Shown here: positions 8,379 to 18,419 of the stretch, one piece after another | Numbering within the stretch: position 1 is the first letter of the stretch | Layout: each line of letters begins with the position of its first letter | Assembly: GCA_050175015.1 (NCBI GenBank) | Contig: JBFXJJ010000005.1 | Span: 96,001-160,000, forward strand | Direction: 5' to 3' | Source: Alphaproteobacteria bacterium | Lineage (GTDB): Bacteria; Pseudomonadota; Alphaproteobacteria; JBFXJJ01 | Length of the DNA stretch: 64,000 nucleotides | The notes under the pieces: generated by a model | What the model saw: the letters and a program-made list of their open reading frames with translations, nothing else | The model's database searches: none | What the model was told of the DNA's origin: nothing | Position numbers and translations under genes: made by a program

Positions 8379-9692
8379 ATGAATTTATTTGCAATAATAA
8401 AAAACAGCATCGTTGTTATCTTTCTTAGTTGTTATTTTTTTGCAGGAAAAGCTTTTGCTGTTGAAGGTTTTGATGCTTGGCTTGCCGACTTCAAAAATGA
8501 GGCATTAGCAGCGGGAATTAGTTATGACACCGTTGATAATGTTTTATCTAAAGTCGTTTTTGAAGAAAGCATAATTGCCAAAGATCGTAAGCAGCCTGAA
8601 TTTATTCGAACTTTTAAAAACTATATGGATATTGCTCTTGCAAAAGACCGAGTTGAGCAGGGTAAAACCATAATGAAAAAATATAGAACTTTGCTCAACA
8701 ATGTTTATAAATTGTACGGCATTCCTCCGCAGTATATTGTGGCATTCTGGGGAATGGAAACTTTTTATGGCAAAAATTTGGGCGACATATCAATTTTTAA
8801 TGCCTTAGCAACGCTTGCTTATGATCCTAGACGTTCAGATTTTTTCAAAAAAGAATTAATTTATGCCCTAAAAATTGTTGATAGCGGTTTTATGAAAGCC
8901 GAGCAAATGAAAGGTTCTTGGGCTGGAGCTTTTGGCAATTTTCAGTTTATGCCATCGACCTATCTAAATTATGCTGTAGACGCTGATAATGATGGTAAAA
9001 AGGACATTATTAATAGTCTGCCAGATGCTTTTTATTCGGCAGGAAATTATTTATCATCAATCGGCTGGAACAAAAAACAAGCTTGGGGAAGGCAGGTAAA
9101 ACTGCCAAAGAACTTTGATTATTTCTTAACAGGAAACAAGATTCGTAAAAAGATAAATGATTGGGGTAATTTGGGAATAAAGAATATAAATAACTCCAAA
9201 TTACCTACGTCTGATATAGAAACTTGGCTCTTAGTACCAGCTGGTTATCAAGGACCTGTTTTCTTTGTTTATGAAAATTTTGATATTATAATGCAGTGGA
9301 ATCGCTCTTTTAATTATGCCTTAGCTATTGGACTTTTAGCTGATAATTTATCTGGGCGAAAATCTATGCTAAATCAGGCGTTAAAAGAAAAACCTATCAG
9401 TGTCCAAATTATAATCGCAATTCAGGATAAGCTCAAAGAATTAGGACTTTATGACGGCAGTGTTGACGGTAATCTCGGCAGTATAACCAAAAGTGCTATT
9501 CAAAATTTTCAAAAAAACTTCAAGCTTCCTGCTGATGGATATCCTTCGGATAAGGTTATAAAATTATTAACGGTTGATTCTTTAGCTCAAAATGATATAA
9601 AAAAAATACCGATACCACCGGTTAAGCCAAAAATTGAAAACACAAGAAGTATTCCATTGCCTCAAAAAAAGCCGCAATATATAGAAGAATAA
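8379..9692 (+). CDS. Lytic murein transglycosylase (MltB/SLT_2 family) with C-terminal peptidoglycan-binding domain
   Basis: Signal peptide; 'WGMET.YG', 'GSWAGAFGNFQFMPSTY', 'DADNDGKKDI'; 'DG.LG..T..AI..FQ'. Confidence 0.93.
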   Translation: MNLFAIIKNSIVVIFLSCYFFAGKAFAVEGFDAWLADFKNEALAAGISYDTVDNVLSKVVFEESIIAKDRKQPEFIRTFKNYMDIALAKDRVEQGKTIMKKYRTLLNNVYKLYGIPPQYIVAFWGMETFYGKNLGDISIFNALATLAYDPRRSDFFKKELIYALKIVDSGFMKAEQMKGSWAGAFGNFQFMPSTYLNYAVDADNDGKKDIINSLPDAFYSAGNYLSSIGWNKKQAWGRQVKLPKNFDYFLTGNKIRKKINDWGNLGIKNINNSKLPTSDIETWLLVPAGYQGPVFFVYENFDIIMQWNRSFNYALAIGLLADNLSGRKSMLNQALKEKPISVQIIIAIQDKLKELGLYDGSVDGNLGSITKSAIQNFQKNFKLPADGYPSDKVIKLLTVDSLAQNDIKKIPIPPVKPKIENTRSIPLPQKKPQYIEE

Positions 9693-9722
9693 CTTTTTTA
9701 ATTTTTTAGGAATAAACATTTA

Positions 9723-10727
9723 ATGATAAGCAAAAAAGCCTTTTCTATTACTTTAATGTCGTTAATTGCGACCACTTTCATTGTCTCTTGTTCGTCTAAT
9801 ATAACAGGAATAAGAAATTCCGGTTACCGCTATGGAAACAATGGAGGAGCTACCTATAAAGTCGGTTCTCCATATAAAATTAATGGCACGTGGTATTATC
9901 CAAAAGAAGACTACACCTATAGTGAAGTAGGGGTTGCTTCTTGGTATGGACCTCAGTTTCATAACAAACTAACCGCTAATAACGAAATTTATGATATGAA
10001 TGCGTTAACCGCTGCTCATAGAACACTGCCATTGCCAAGTATGGTAAAAGTTACAAACTTGCAAAACGGAAGAAGTTTAGTGCTCAAAGTTAATGATAGA
10101 GGGCCTTTTGCTAAAGATAGAATTATTGATATCTCTAAAAGAGGTGCCCAATTATTAGGTTTCATTGAACAAGGAACGGCAAAGGTTAGAGTAGAGGTTC
10201 TTCCCGAGGAAAGCCTTGCATTAAAAAATCAATTGTTGTCATCGGAAGGCCGAAGTAATTTAGGGAGTATGGCAGGAGGGATTGTTCCTGTTGCTCAAAA
10301 TAGTGTGAGTGAAATCCCTGTTAGGGCAAATGAACTTCCTGATGCAGAAAAAGAAGATTATTTAACATCAAAAACTTCTTCTCAAAATATATCGGCTGAT
10401 CAATATGATATTTGGCAAGAACCAGTCAAAAACAACTCTGCCTTAACGCCAGAAGTTACTAAATCTGATTTTACATTAGAGAGTACGTCTCCATCAGCTG
10501 TTAGCGGGACAATGGTTCAAGTAGGAGCTTTTTCTAGTTATGAAAATGCTCAAAAATTATCAAACAGTATTTCTAGTATTGGAAATGCGTCAATATCTGA
10601 CATTGACGTTAATGGCCAAAAATTTTACCGCGTTAGAATAACTGCACCTAATTCTGATGATGCTAAAAATATTGTATCAAAATTAATCAATTCTGGTCAT
10701 CAAGGTGCGCGAATTGTTAATGAATAA
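9723..10727 (+). CDS. rlpA: Septal ring lytic transglycosylase RlpA lipoprotein with SPOR domain
   Basis: Lipobox IVSC; 'GVASWYG', 'TAAHRTLPLPS', 'VNDRGPF...RIIDIS'; C-terminal 'VQVGAFS...NA'. Confidence 0.95.
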   Translation: MISKKAFSITLMSLIATTFIVSCSSNITGIRNSGYRYGNNGGATYKVGSPYKINGTWYYPKEDYTYSEVGVASWYGPQFHNKLTANNEIYDMNALTAAHRTLPLPSMVKVTNLQNGRSLVLKVNDRGPFAKDRIIDISKRGAQLLGFIEQGTAKVRVEVLPEESLALKNQLLSSEGRSNLGSMAGGIVPVAQNSVSEIPVRANELPDAEKEDYLTSKTSSQNISADQYDIWQEPVKNNSALTPEVTKSDFTLESTSPSAVSGTMVQVGAFSSYENAQKLSNSISSIGNASISDIDVNGQKFYRVRITAPNSDDAKNIVSKLINSGHQGARIVNE

Positions 10728-10746
10728 ACTTTAAGGTTCTTTTAAA

Positions 10747-11919
10747 ATGAATGTTATATCTAAAAACAAGACATTTTTGTTGGCATCTTTGATTAGTATT
10801 TTGCTGCTACCAATCAAAGTTAATGCTTCTTACGATGCTCCAGCCGTTAAAACTATTGCGAAACACGCAATTCTTATGGATTATGAAACTGGATCAGTTT
10901 TATTTGAAAAAGATGCTTATGAAGCAATGCCTCCAGCATCTATGAGTAAACTTATGACTGTTTATTTGATATTTGAACGCCTAAAAGATGGCCGTTTATC
11001 TCTTGATGATGAATTTGAAGTAAGTGAAAAAGCATGGCGTGAAGGTGGAGCTATAACTGATGGCTCAACGATGTTTTTACCGCTTCATTCTAAAATAAAA
11101 ATCCATGATTTGTTAAGAGGCATTATTGTCCAATCAGGTAATGACGCTTGTATTGTGGCAGCAGAAAATATTTCAGGATCAGAAGCCAATTTTGTTAGAG
11201 AAATGAATCTTAAAGCTAAAGAGATAGGTTTAAAAAACAGTGTTTTTGCAAACTCTTCAGGTTTGCCTAATCCTAATCATTATATGTCAGCTTATGACCT
11301 TGCCTTATTAACAAGAAGAATTATCAAGGATTTTCCTGAATATTTTCCTATTTTTTCTGAAAAAAGCTTTAAATTTAATGGTATTCCTCAATACAATAGA
11401 AATCCGCTCCTATCAAGTATGCCCGAAGCTGATGGTATGAAAACTGGGCATACTAAAGCTTCAGGATATGGGCTTACGGCAACAGCTAAAAGAGATAATA
11501 GGCGCTTGATTTCGGTGGTGAATGGTTTAAATAAAATGTCCCAACGTGGTGAAGAATCAAAGATGCTGCTTGTTTGGGGTTTTATGGAATTTGATAATTA
11601 TAAACTTTTCTCTAAAAGTGAGGAAGTTGGGAAAATTGCTACGTGGTTTGGGCAGGATCCTTATGTATCGGCGGTTACCGATGAAGATATCGTTATGTCT
11701 CTTCCTAGAGGTTCTGCTAAAAATATAAAAATTTCTATGACGTATAATGAACCAATAACTGCTCCTATTAATAAAGGCGATAAAATAGGCAAATTAAAAA
11801 TATCAAAGTCAGAAAATGATTCTGAAGAATTTGACTTATTTGCAGCTAGTGATGTAAGAAAACAGGGTTTTATTAATAGAGTTTTTTCATATTTCAAATA
11901 TAAGCTGTTTGGTTTTTAA
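10747..11919 (+). CDS. dacA: D-alanyl-D-alanine carboxypeptidase (PBP5/6)
   Basis: SxxK 'PASMSK', 'SGN', 'KTG' motifs. Confidence 0.93.
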   Translation: MNVISKNKTFLLASLISILLLPIKVNASYDAPAVKTIAKHAILMDYETGSVLFEKDAYEAMPPASMSKLMTVYLIFERLKDGRLSLDDEFEVSEKAWREGGAITDGSTMFLPLHSKIKIHDLLRGIIVQSGNDACIVAAENISGSEANFVREMNLKAKEIGLKNSVFANSSGLPNPNHYMSAYDLALLTRRIIKDFPEYFPIFSEKSFKFNGIPQYNRNPLLSSMPEADGMKTGHTKASGYGLTATAKRDNRRLISVVNGLNKMSQRGEESKMLLVWGFMEFDNYKLFSKSEEVGKIATWFGQDPYVSAVTDEDIVMSLPRGSAKNIKISMTYNEPITAPINKGDKIGKLKISKSENDSEEFDLFAASDVRKQGFINRVFSYFKYKLFGF

Positions 11920-11941
11920 AAAAATAAGGGAGTATCGTATC

Positions 11942-12583
11942 TTGCATAAAGGTCGCTTTATAACGTTTGAAGGCGGTGAGGGAGCAGGCAAGTCAACTCA
12001 GGTGAAAATGCTGGCTGAAGCTCTTATCAAAAACGGTCAAAAGGTTTTAATAACCAGAGAACCCGGCGGTTCTGAAGGCGGCGAGATAATTAGGGAAATT
12101 CTTGTTAATGGCGATGTTGGCAAATGGGATTCTATAACTGAAGCCTTACTTTTTTATGCTGCGAGAAGAGATCATGTGGTCAAAAAAATTATGCCAGCAT
12201 TAAACGATGGACTTTGGGTAATAAGTGACCGCTTTGCTGATTCTACTATGGCTTACCAAGCCTCTGGATATAAAGATGGCATTTCTAAACAAGAATTATT
12301 TAATCTGCACAAAATAGCTATTGGCGATTTTAAACCTGATATGACTTTTATTTTAGACTTACCTGTAGAGAAGGGGTTAGAGAGAGCTTTAGCTCGAAGT
12401 AATGATAAAAGCCGTTTTGAAAAAATGGATATTTCATTTCATCAAAAACTACGCCAAGCTTTTTTAGATATAGCTAAAGAAGAAAATGATCGTTGTGTCG
12501 TAATCCCAGCTGAAGACGAAATTACTAGTATAAACAACAAAATTTGGGGCAGTATTAACGATAAATTTAAGGTAATTTTTTAA
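11942..12583 (+). CDS. tmk: Thymidylate kinase
   Basis: 'FITFEGGEGAGKSTQ', 'TREPGG', 'SDRF.DST.AYQ'; TTG start after AAGGGAG. Confidence 0.95.
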   Translation: MHKGRFITFEGGEGAGKSTQVKMLAEALIKNGQKVLITREPGGSEGGEIIREILVNGDVGKWDSITEALLFYAARRDHVVKKIMPALNDGLWVISDRFADSTMAYQASGYKDGISKQELFNLHKIAIGDFKPDMTFILDLPVEKGLERALARSNDKSRFEKMDISFHQKLRQAFLDIAKEENDRCVVIPAEDEITSINNKIWGSINDKFKVIF

Positions 12584-12585
12584 AA

Positions 12586-13713
12586 ATGGACGAAGAAAGC
12601 TTTACCAAAATTCCCCAACCTAAAAATAATCCATTCTTATCGGGCAATGAAGCTGTCGAGCGAGAAATTTTACAAGCTATAAGTAGCGGAAGGATAGAAG
12701 GAAGCTGGTTAATTTATGGACAGCAAGGAATTGGAAAAGCAACCTTAGCCTATCGTATGGCAAGATTTATTCTAGCTAAGAAAGATGCATCTGCAGCATC
12801 GTCTCTTTTTGTAGATAAAAATGAAAATGTCTTTAAATTAATGACTTCTGATAGTCACCCAGATTTGAAAATTATAGAACGTTCCCTAACTGAGGAAGAA
12901 AAGAAAAAGGTTGAAAAACTCGTTGCTAAAGGGGAGGCTCTTAATGATGACGAGGAAAAAGACCGCAAAAGAAAGTCGGTAATAACAATTGATAGTATAA
13001 GAGAAATCAAAGATTTTCTGGCTTTAACTTCTTTTTTCGGCGGCTATAGGATAGTTATTATTGATACCGCTGATGACTTAAATGAACAAGCTGCCAATGC
13101 TCTTTTAAAAATCTTAGAAGAACCACCTAAAAAAGTTATTATGATATTAATCAGTAATAACCTTGGAAAAATAAAACCGACTATTTTATCTAGGTGCCGT
13201 AAAATATATATGAATAAGCCTTATTATTCTATTGCAACCCATATTATAAAAACGTTTATTCCTGATTGCTTGGATAATGATATTAGTAAAGCTTTAATGC
13301 TAGGCAATGGAAGTATAGGTTTAGCCTTAGAAGTTCTTTCCAGCAATGGAATTGAAATCTGCCAAAGATTTGCCAATTTATTTGCTAAACTGCCGTTAAC
13401 TAAACCAGCTGAAATTAATGATTTTGCCGAATTTATTACCAGTGATGATACAAACTATAAAATGGCCAAAAATCTTATTCCTGATGTCTTGTCGAGAGCA
13501 ATAAAAAATGATGTTCAAAAAAATCATAGCTCATTAGAAAATATTATAGTTGATAATATGATTAAACAGGGTTTAGATATAGAAGATTTACTAAATATAA
13601 GAAATGAAATCTGCCTTAAATTTGAGTTAACTGATAGGCTTAATCTTGATAAAAAATTGGCAGTTATGGACATTTTTTTTAAAACTACTGAGGTCATAAA
13701 AACAAAATGCTAA
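12586..13713 (+). CDS. holB: DNA polymerase III subunit delta'
   Basis: 'G..GIGKATLA', 'HPDL', 'AANALLKILEEPP', 'TILSRC'; follows tmk. Confidence 0.92.
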   Translation: MDEESFTKIPQPKNNPFLSGNEAVEREILQAISSGRIEGSWLIYGQQGIGKATLAYRMARFILAKKDASAASSLFVDKNENVFKLMTSDSHPDLKIIERSLTEEEKKKVEKLVAKGEALNDDEEKDRKRKSVITIDSIREIKDFLALTSFFGGYRIVIIDTADDLNEQAANALLKILEEPPKKVIMILISNNLGKIKPTILSRCRKIYMNKPYYSIATHIIKTFIPDCLDNDISKALMLGNGSIGLALEVLSSNGIEICQRFANLFAKLPLTKPAEINDFAEFITSDDTNYKMAKNLIPDVLSRAIKNDVQKNHSSLENIIVDNMIKQGLDIEDLLNIRNEICLKFELTDRLNLDKKLAVMDIFFKTTEVIKTKC

Positions 13714-14486
13714 TTGATAGCCATTGCCATATAGATTTTGAAAAACTGCAAACTAACATCACAAAAGTTATGGCAAATGCCCAAAATTCTGGGGTCGAGA
13801 AGATGCTTAGTGCAGGGGTTACAATAAAAGCATTTCCTAATCTTTATGACATAATTTCAAATTATGATAATGTTTTTTGCTCAGTCGGAACTCACCCTCA
13901 TTATGCGGGTGATGAAGATGAAAAAAAAGTTACGCTAGAAGAGTTGATAGAATTCTCAAAACGACCCAAAGTAATTGCTTTTGGAGAATGCGGCTTTGAT
14001 TTTTATTATAATCATTCTAGCAAAAGTGAACAGGAAGAGATTTTAATAAAACATATTAATGCTGCTCAAGAAACAGGTCTTCCAATTATTATTCATACTC
14101 GTGATGCCGATGAAGATGCCGCCAGAGTTCTAATTGAATCCTATAAAAATAAAGAATTTAAAGGCGTTATTCATTGCTTTACCTCAGGATATGATTTTGC
14201 TATGAAGATGCTTGATGTTGGTTTCTATATTTCAGCCTCAGGCATTATAACTTTCAATACGGCTGATGAAATTAGGCAAACTATAAAAGAGGTTCCTCTG
14301 AATCGTCTTTTGGTGGAAACAGATTCTCCTTATTTAGCTCCAATACCTCATAGAGGCAAAACCAATGAGCCTTCTTTTGTTAAACTAGTTGCTGAAAAAT
14401 TGGCAGAAATCAAAGGGGTTTCACTAGAAGAAATCAGTAATATTACATCTCAAAATTTTATGCGACTTTTCGAAAAATGCCAATGA
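13707..14486 (+). CDS. tatD: TatD family hydrolase
   Basis: 'LIDSHCH', 'GTHPH', 'GECGFD', 'IIHTRDA', 'ETDSPYLAP'. Confidence 0.95.
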   Translation: MLIDSHCHIDFEKLQTNITKVMANAQNSGVEKMLSAGVTIKAFPNLYDIISNYDNVFCSVGTHPHYAGDEDEKKVTLEELIEFSKRPKVIAFGECGFDFYYNHSSKSEQEEILIKHINAAQETGLPIIIHTRDADEDAARVLIESYKNKEFKGVIHCFTSGYDFAMKMLDVGFYISASGIITFNTADEIRQTIKEVPLNRLLVETDSPYLAPIPHRGKTNEPSFVKLVAEKLAEIKGVSLEEISNITSQNFMRLFEKCQ

Positions 14487-15277
14487 AAACAAAAATAAGA
14501 ATACTGGGCTGCGGAACAGCAAATGGAGTACCTTCGATTGCTCGAGGTTATGGCTTATGTAATCCAGATAATTTAAAAAATACAAGAACACGAACTTCCA
14601 TAATTGTTGAAACCGAAACAACTAGAATTTTAGTTGATGCTGGACCAGATTTAAGAATGCAGCTTCTTGATGCTGGAATAAATCAAGTTGATGCCGTTTT
14701 GTTTACTCATGATCACGCGGATCATTTACATGGAATAGATGATTTGCGGGAAATTAATCGTGTTACTGGTCATAAAATTCCAATATATGGCAGTAATGAA
14801 ACAATGAAAACCATAGCAACAAGGTTTAGCTATGTTTTTGCTGCTAATAATAATATGGAAGAAATTTTAGAGCAGCCGATATATCAACCTAATCTTGTAA
14901 AAAATATTATTGAAAACGATACAATGTTTAAAATTGGAGACATTGAGGTTAGGGGCTTTACTGCTAATCACGGCTGGCAAAAAGTTACAGCATATCGTTT
15001 TAATGATATTGTTTATATGACAGATACAGTCGAAATCTATGATATGGAAGCTGAATACTTAAAAAACATTAAGCTTTTTATTGTTGGTTGCGCATCTTAT
15101 ATCAAACACCCAATTCACGCTAATGTTGAAATGGTATTAGATTGGGTTAATAAGCTAAAACCTGAAAGAACTATTTTAACTCATATGGGATCAGGCTTAG
15201 ATTACGATAAGCTAATTTCAGAATTACCCAAAAATGTTGAGCCGGCTTTTGATGGTATGGCGATAATCGTTAACTAG
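14477..15277 (+). CDS. MBL-fold metallohydrolase (PhnP/YycJ-like)
   Basis: 'ILGCG...GVP', 'THDHADHLHGIDDLR', 'LTHM'. Confidence 0.9.
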   Translation: MPMKTKIRILGCGTANGVPSIARGYGLCNPDNLKNTRTRTSIIVETETTRILVDAGPDLRMQLLDAGINQVDAVLFTHDHADHLHGIDDLREINRVTGHKIPIYGSNETMKTIATRFSYVFAANNNMEEILEQPIYQPNLVKNIIENDTMFKIGDIEVRGFTANHGWQKVTAYRFNDIVYMTDTVEIYDMEAEYLKNIKLFIVGCASYIKHPIHANVEMVLDWVNKLKPERTILTHMGSGLDYDKLISELPKNVEPAFDGMAIIVN

Positions 15278-15451
15278 ATTTTTTTACAAATTATTCCAAA
15301 GCATTTATAATCCTATCACACGCTATCTTATTTATATGAAATACAAATAAAATAAGATTACAGATTAAACATAAAAAAATAAATCGTTATAAATCAATCC
15401 ATTAGAGTGCGCATGTTACACAAGAATACTATCTTGAATCTGCACCATATT

Positions 15452-15479
15452 ACTATTCATAATATATATTATGCGACAA
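15452..15479 (-). other. dif site (XerC/XerD chromosome dimer resolution), putative
   Basis: Minus strand TTGTCGCATAA-TATATA-TTATGAATAGT, 11-6-11 layout resembling E. coli dif GGTGCGCATAA-TGTATA-TTATGTTAAAT; intergenic. Confidence 0.75.
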
Positions 15480-15638
15480 TCGGATATGGGGCGTAAAACC
15501 CCCATTTCGGAATTGTGTATGCTTTTGTTTATATGGTATTTTATTTAAAGAGATTTTATAATTACATCTTACGTTTAAATTTCGGATAATATCTTTTTGA
15601 TAGCAAACTACAGCTCTTTAATTTTCTAGGAGAACAAA

Positions 15639-16391
15639 ATGAAAAAAATAAAAGTCATCGCAGGCATCGTTATTGTTTTAATTATTGGCGGCATTATATT
15701 TGCTCCATCTTTAGATGATATAATTAAAAAATCTATTGAGTATTTTGGAAGCAAGGTTACAAAAACCGAAGTTAAATTAAAAAAAGTAGATTTATCTTTA
15801 AAAGACGGAAAACTGTCCCTCTATGATTTTTATATCAAAAATCCCAAAGGCTTCTCTAATAATAAAATGATATCTTTCGGTAATATTACTGTTGATATTG
15901 ATGTCAAATCATTAACATCTGATGTTATAAAAATAGAAACTATCCTAGTATCTAAGCCATCAGTTTTATTTGAGATGGGCAAAGAAAAGAGCAATCTAGC
16001 AACACTTCTTGATACTTTATCTTCATCTTCAGACACCTCACCTGAGCCTGAGAAGAATGAAACCAAAGAAGCTCCAGCTGAAGGCAAAAAAATAATAATA
16101 AAAAAACTCACCGTTGAAAAAGGCTCAATTGGCATTAATATAAGATCTTTAGGCGACAAAAAATTAACGGTTCCATTGCCTTCTATTACTATGACAAATA
16201 TAGGTGAAGACAAAAAAGGTGCATCCCCCTCTGAAATAGCTAAACAGATTGTACAGAAAATAACATCTGTCGCTCAAAATGCTGCGATATCTGCAGATGC
16301 CGTCAAAAATGCTTTGGGTAATATTTCGGATAATATTAAAAATGGTGCATCTAATGTAACCAATTCTATTAAAGGATTCTTTAATAAATAG
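15639..16391 (+). CDS. AsmA/DUF748-like membrane-anchored protein
   Basis: N-terminal TM; 'I.NP.GFS', 'SNL..L' motifs; RBS AGGAG. Confidence 0.65.
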   Translation: MKKIKVIAGIVIVLIIGGIIFAPSLDDIIKKSIEYFGSKVTKTEVKLKKVDLSLKDGKLSLYDFYIKNPKGFSNNKMISFGNITVDIDVKSLTSDVIKIETILVSKPSVLFEMGKEKSNLATLLDTLSSSSDTSPEPEKNETKEAPAEGKKIIIKKLTVEKGSIGINIRSLGDKKLTVPLPSITMTNIGEDKKGASPSEIAKQIVQKITSVAQNAAISADAVKNALGNISDNIKNGASNVTNSIKGFFNK

Positions 16392-16424
16392 GCGCACTAG
16401 CTAAAAATTAATATACAAAATAAT

Positions 16425-16459
16425 AAAAAGAGGAGAGCTTTCCGCCCTCCTCTTTTTTT
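16425..16459. terminator. Bidirectional terminator
   Basis: AAAAGAGGAG...CTCCTCTTTT hairpin between convergent genes. Confidence 0.7.
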
Positions 16460-16529
16460 GTAGCATACGTTATTTGTATCAATTTTAATTTGCTTACGAT
16501 TAAATGCTAAACGCTCTAAACGATTTATT

Positions 16530-17549
16530 TTAATAATTATTAGCGATGTCTATAATAGCTCTATACGTTCCCGTCACAGCTAAAGCTAATTTATCATAAT
16601 CGAGAGTGTCTGGTAAATCGGTTGCTTTATGATAATTAGGATTACGATAAAAAGCCGTATCAGTAATCATAACTGATGGTATTTTGTCCGCATAATTTAG
16701 GTGATCTGAAAACATTAATCCAGGGATAATACTGGGAGCCACAAGTAGTTTTGCTGGAAGTTTTGTGCTTGAAAGCCCTTTGTATACATTATGTACAAGC
16801 TTGCGCCCCTTTATATTGCCAACAACGGTTATAAAATCACCGACATCACCATAAATATATTTCATAAATGAAACAGGATATTTTTGAGACCCCTTCTCTG
16901 TTCTGTAATAGCCAAGCATTTCCAATGCAATCATTGCTGTTGTTTTTGGCTTTTCTTTAGAAATTAATTGGTAATGCCTAGCGCTTCCCATATTGCTTGT
17001 TGCGAAAAACGGCGGTTCCTCATTAGCATAAAAAACCATATCTATCTGCTTGTTTAATTTTGGATTGTTTTGTTTTAATAATTTTGCAATTTCTAGTAAA
17101 GCGGCAACCGCACTAGCATTATCATCTGCTCCAGGATTATTGACTGTGTCGTAGTGAGCTCCAACAATAATTCGTTCTTTTTGATTACCATCGCCATAAG
17201 AAACTATAAGATTAGTAAACTTCTCATTACTATTAAATGGTGAACCAAGCGCAAATTCTTGCTTAGTTACTTTATAGCCGCTTTGAGTAAGGCTTTTTTC
17301 TATGTAGGCTGTCGCTTCATCTAAATCTTTTCTAAAAAACCAGCAACGTTTTAACGACGCTAAATAATTAACATCTTTTTTTATTGCAGCAATATCTGGA
17401 GATACTTCAACCCAAGTCGTTGATTCTTGAATATTTTCTTTAAGCCCAAAATCAAACATAAAATAAACAGAAGCGCTTAAAACGAGCGAAATAACAAGAA
17501 TTTTTTTGGTAATTTGATAAAATGTGGTGTTTAATTTTTTATTACGCAT
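16530..17549 (-). CDS. M28 family metallopeptidase
   Basis: 'IVGAHYD', 'PGADDNASAVA', 'NEEPPFF', 'SDH', 'YH...D'. Confidence 0.9.
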   Translation of the reverse strand: MRNKKLNTTFYQITKKILVISLVLSASVYFMFDFGLKENIQESTTWVEVSPDIAAIKKDVNYLASLKRCWFFRKDLDEATAYIEKSLTQSGYKVTKQEFALGSPFNSNEKFTNLIVSYGDGNQKERIIVGAHYDTVNNPGADDNASAVAALLEIAKLLKQNNPKLNKQIDMVFYANEEPPFFATSNMGSARHYQLISKEKPKTTAMIALEMLGYYRTEKGSQKYPVSFMKYIYGDVGDFITVVGNIKGRKLVHNVYKGLSSTKLPAKLLVAPSIIPGLMFSDHLNYADKIPSVMITDTAFYRNPNYHKATDLPDTLDYDKLALAVTGTYRAIIDIANNY

Positions 17550-17571
17550 AAAAGTTCCTTTTTACAAAAAA

Positions 17572-17607
17572 ATAAGCGAGAAAACATTTTTTGTTCTCTC
17601 GCTTATT
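17572..17607 (-). terminator. Rho-independent terminator
   Basis: AATAAGCGAGA...TCTCGCTTATT inverted repeat with minus-strand U-tract, downstream of 17648 gene. Confidence 0.65.
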
Positions 17608-17647
17608 TAATTAGCAGTTTTATCAATATCAATTCAATATAAAAAGC

Positions 17648-18280
17648 TTATCTTGTTTTTGCTTTCATCATCTGAGCAACATTAACAGCATTTGGTTCGG
17701 GATTAAATTTTATCCAGCTTTTTAAAGTCTTTTCATCCACACCTTGGGCTTTATCTAAATTTTTCAACCCCCAAAAACTAGGTATAAGTCTTTCCCTGCG
17801 TCCGTGCCTTGAACACTCAAAAACTTCAGCGTAAAGATTAGTTCCAGTAAAATCAGCATTTGCCACATCACTACCATCTAAATTTGTTATATGTGGTGTT
17901 ATTACAGAATTTTTAAAAATAACACTTGTTAAATCGCATTTCGCCAAATCTGGATATATCGGATACTTACTTGTTTTTTGGGGTACTATCTTAGAATTTT
18001 CAAAACTTGCACCTGGAATTTTTGCTCCTGGAATTGTTAAGCCTTGGAAAACTTTGTTACTTAAATCAGCTTTAGGAAGTTCAACGCCTTCTCTAACAGC
18101 TTGCTCTAGAACTCTTTGAAAAGTTCCTCTGCCCTCATATAGAATTTTGCCATCTAAATCATTGATATATGTTGTTTCTCGAAAAAGATCAATAAGACCT
18201 TTTTTACCACAAGGATATGATTGAGCATTTTTTGCTTCAAACTCTGTAACTCTTTCTTTTGTCATCATCGCAGACTCCAA
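17648..18280 (-). CDS. Pentapeptide-repeat protein
   Basis: 'ADLSN', 'AKIPG', 'ASFEN', 'CDLTS', 'ADFTG' pentapeptide units; start codon uncertain. Confidence 0.6.
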   Translation of the reverse strand: MESAMMTKERVTEFEAKNAQSYPCGKKGLIDLFRETTYINDLDGKILYEGRGTFQRVLEQAVREGVELPKADLSNKVFQGLTIPGAKIPGASFENSKIVPQKTSKYPIYPDLAKCDLTSVIFKNSVITPHITNLDGSDVANADFTGTNLYAEVFECSRHGRRERLIPSFWGLKNLDKAQGVDEKTLKSWIKFNPEPNAVNVAQMMKAKTR

Positions 18281-18419
18281 GTTTAAATAGATAATTTATC
18301 ATTAAATATAGTTTAATTAGTTGATATTGTCAACTTTTATGTCAATTTTATTGACGCAAAAACATAAAAAAACAAAATTTAATTCCTTACTTGGTATAAA
18401 GTGTTAGCATAATATTTTA

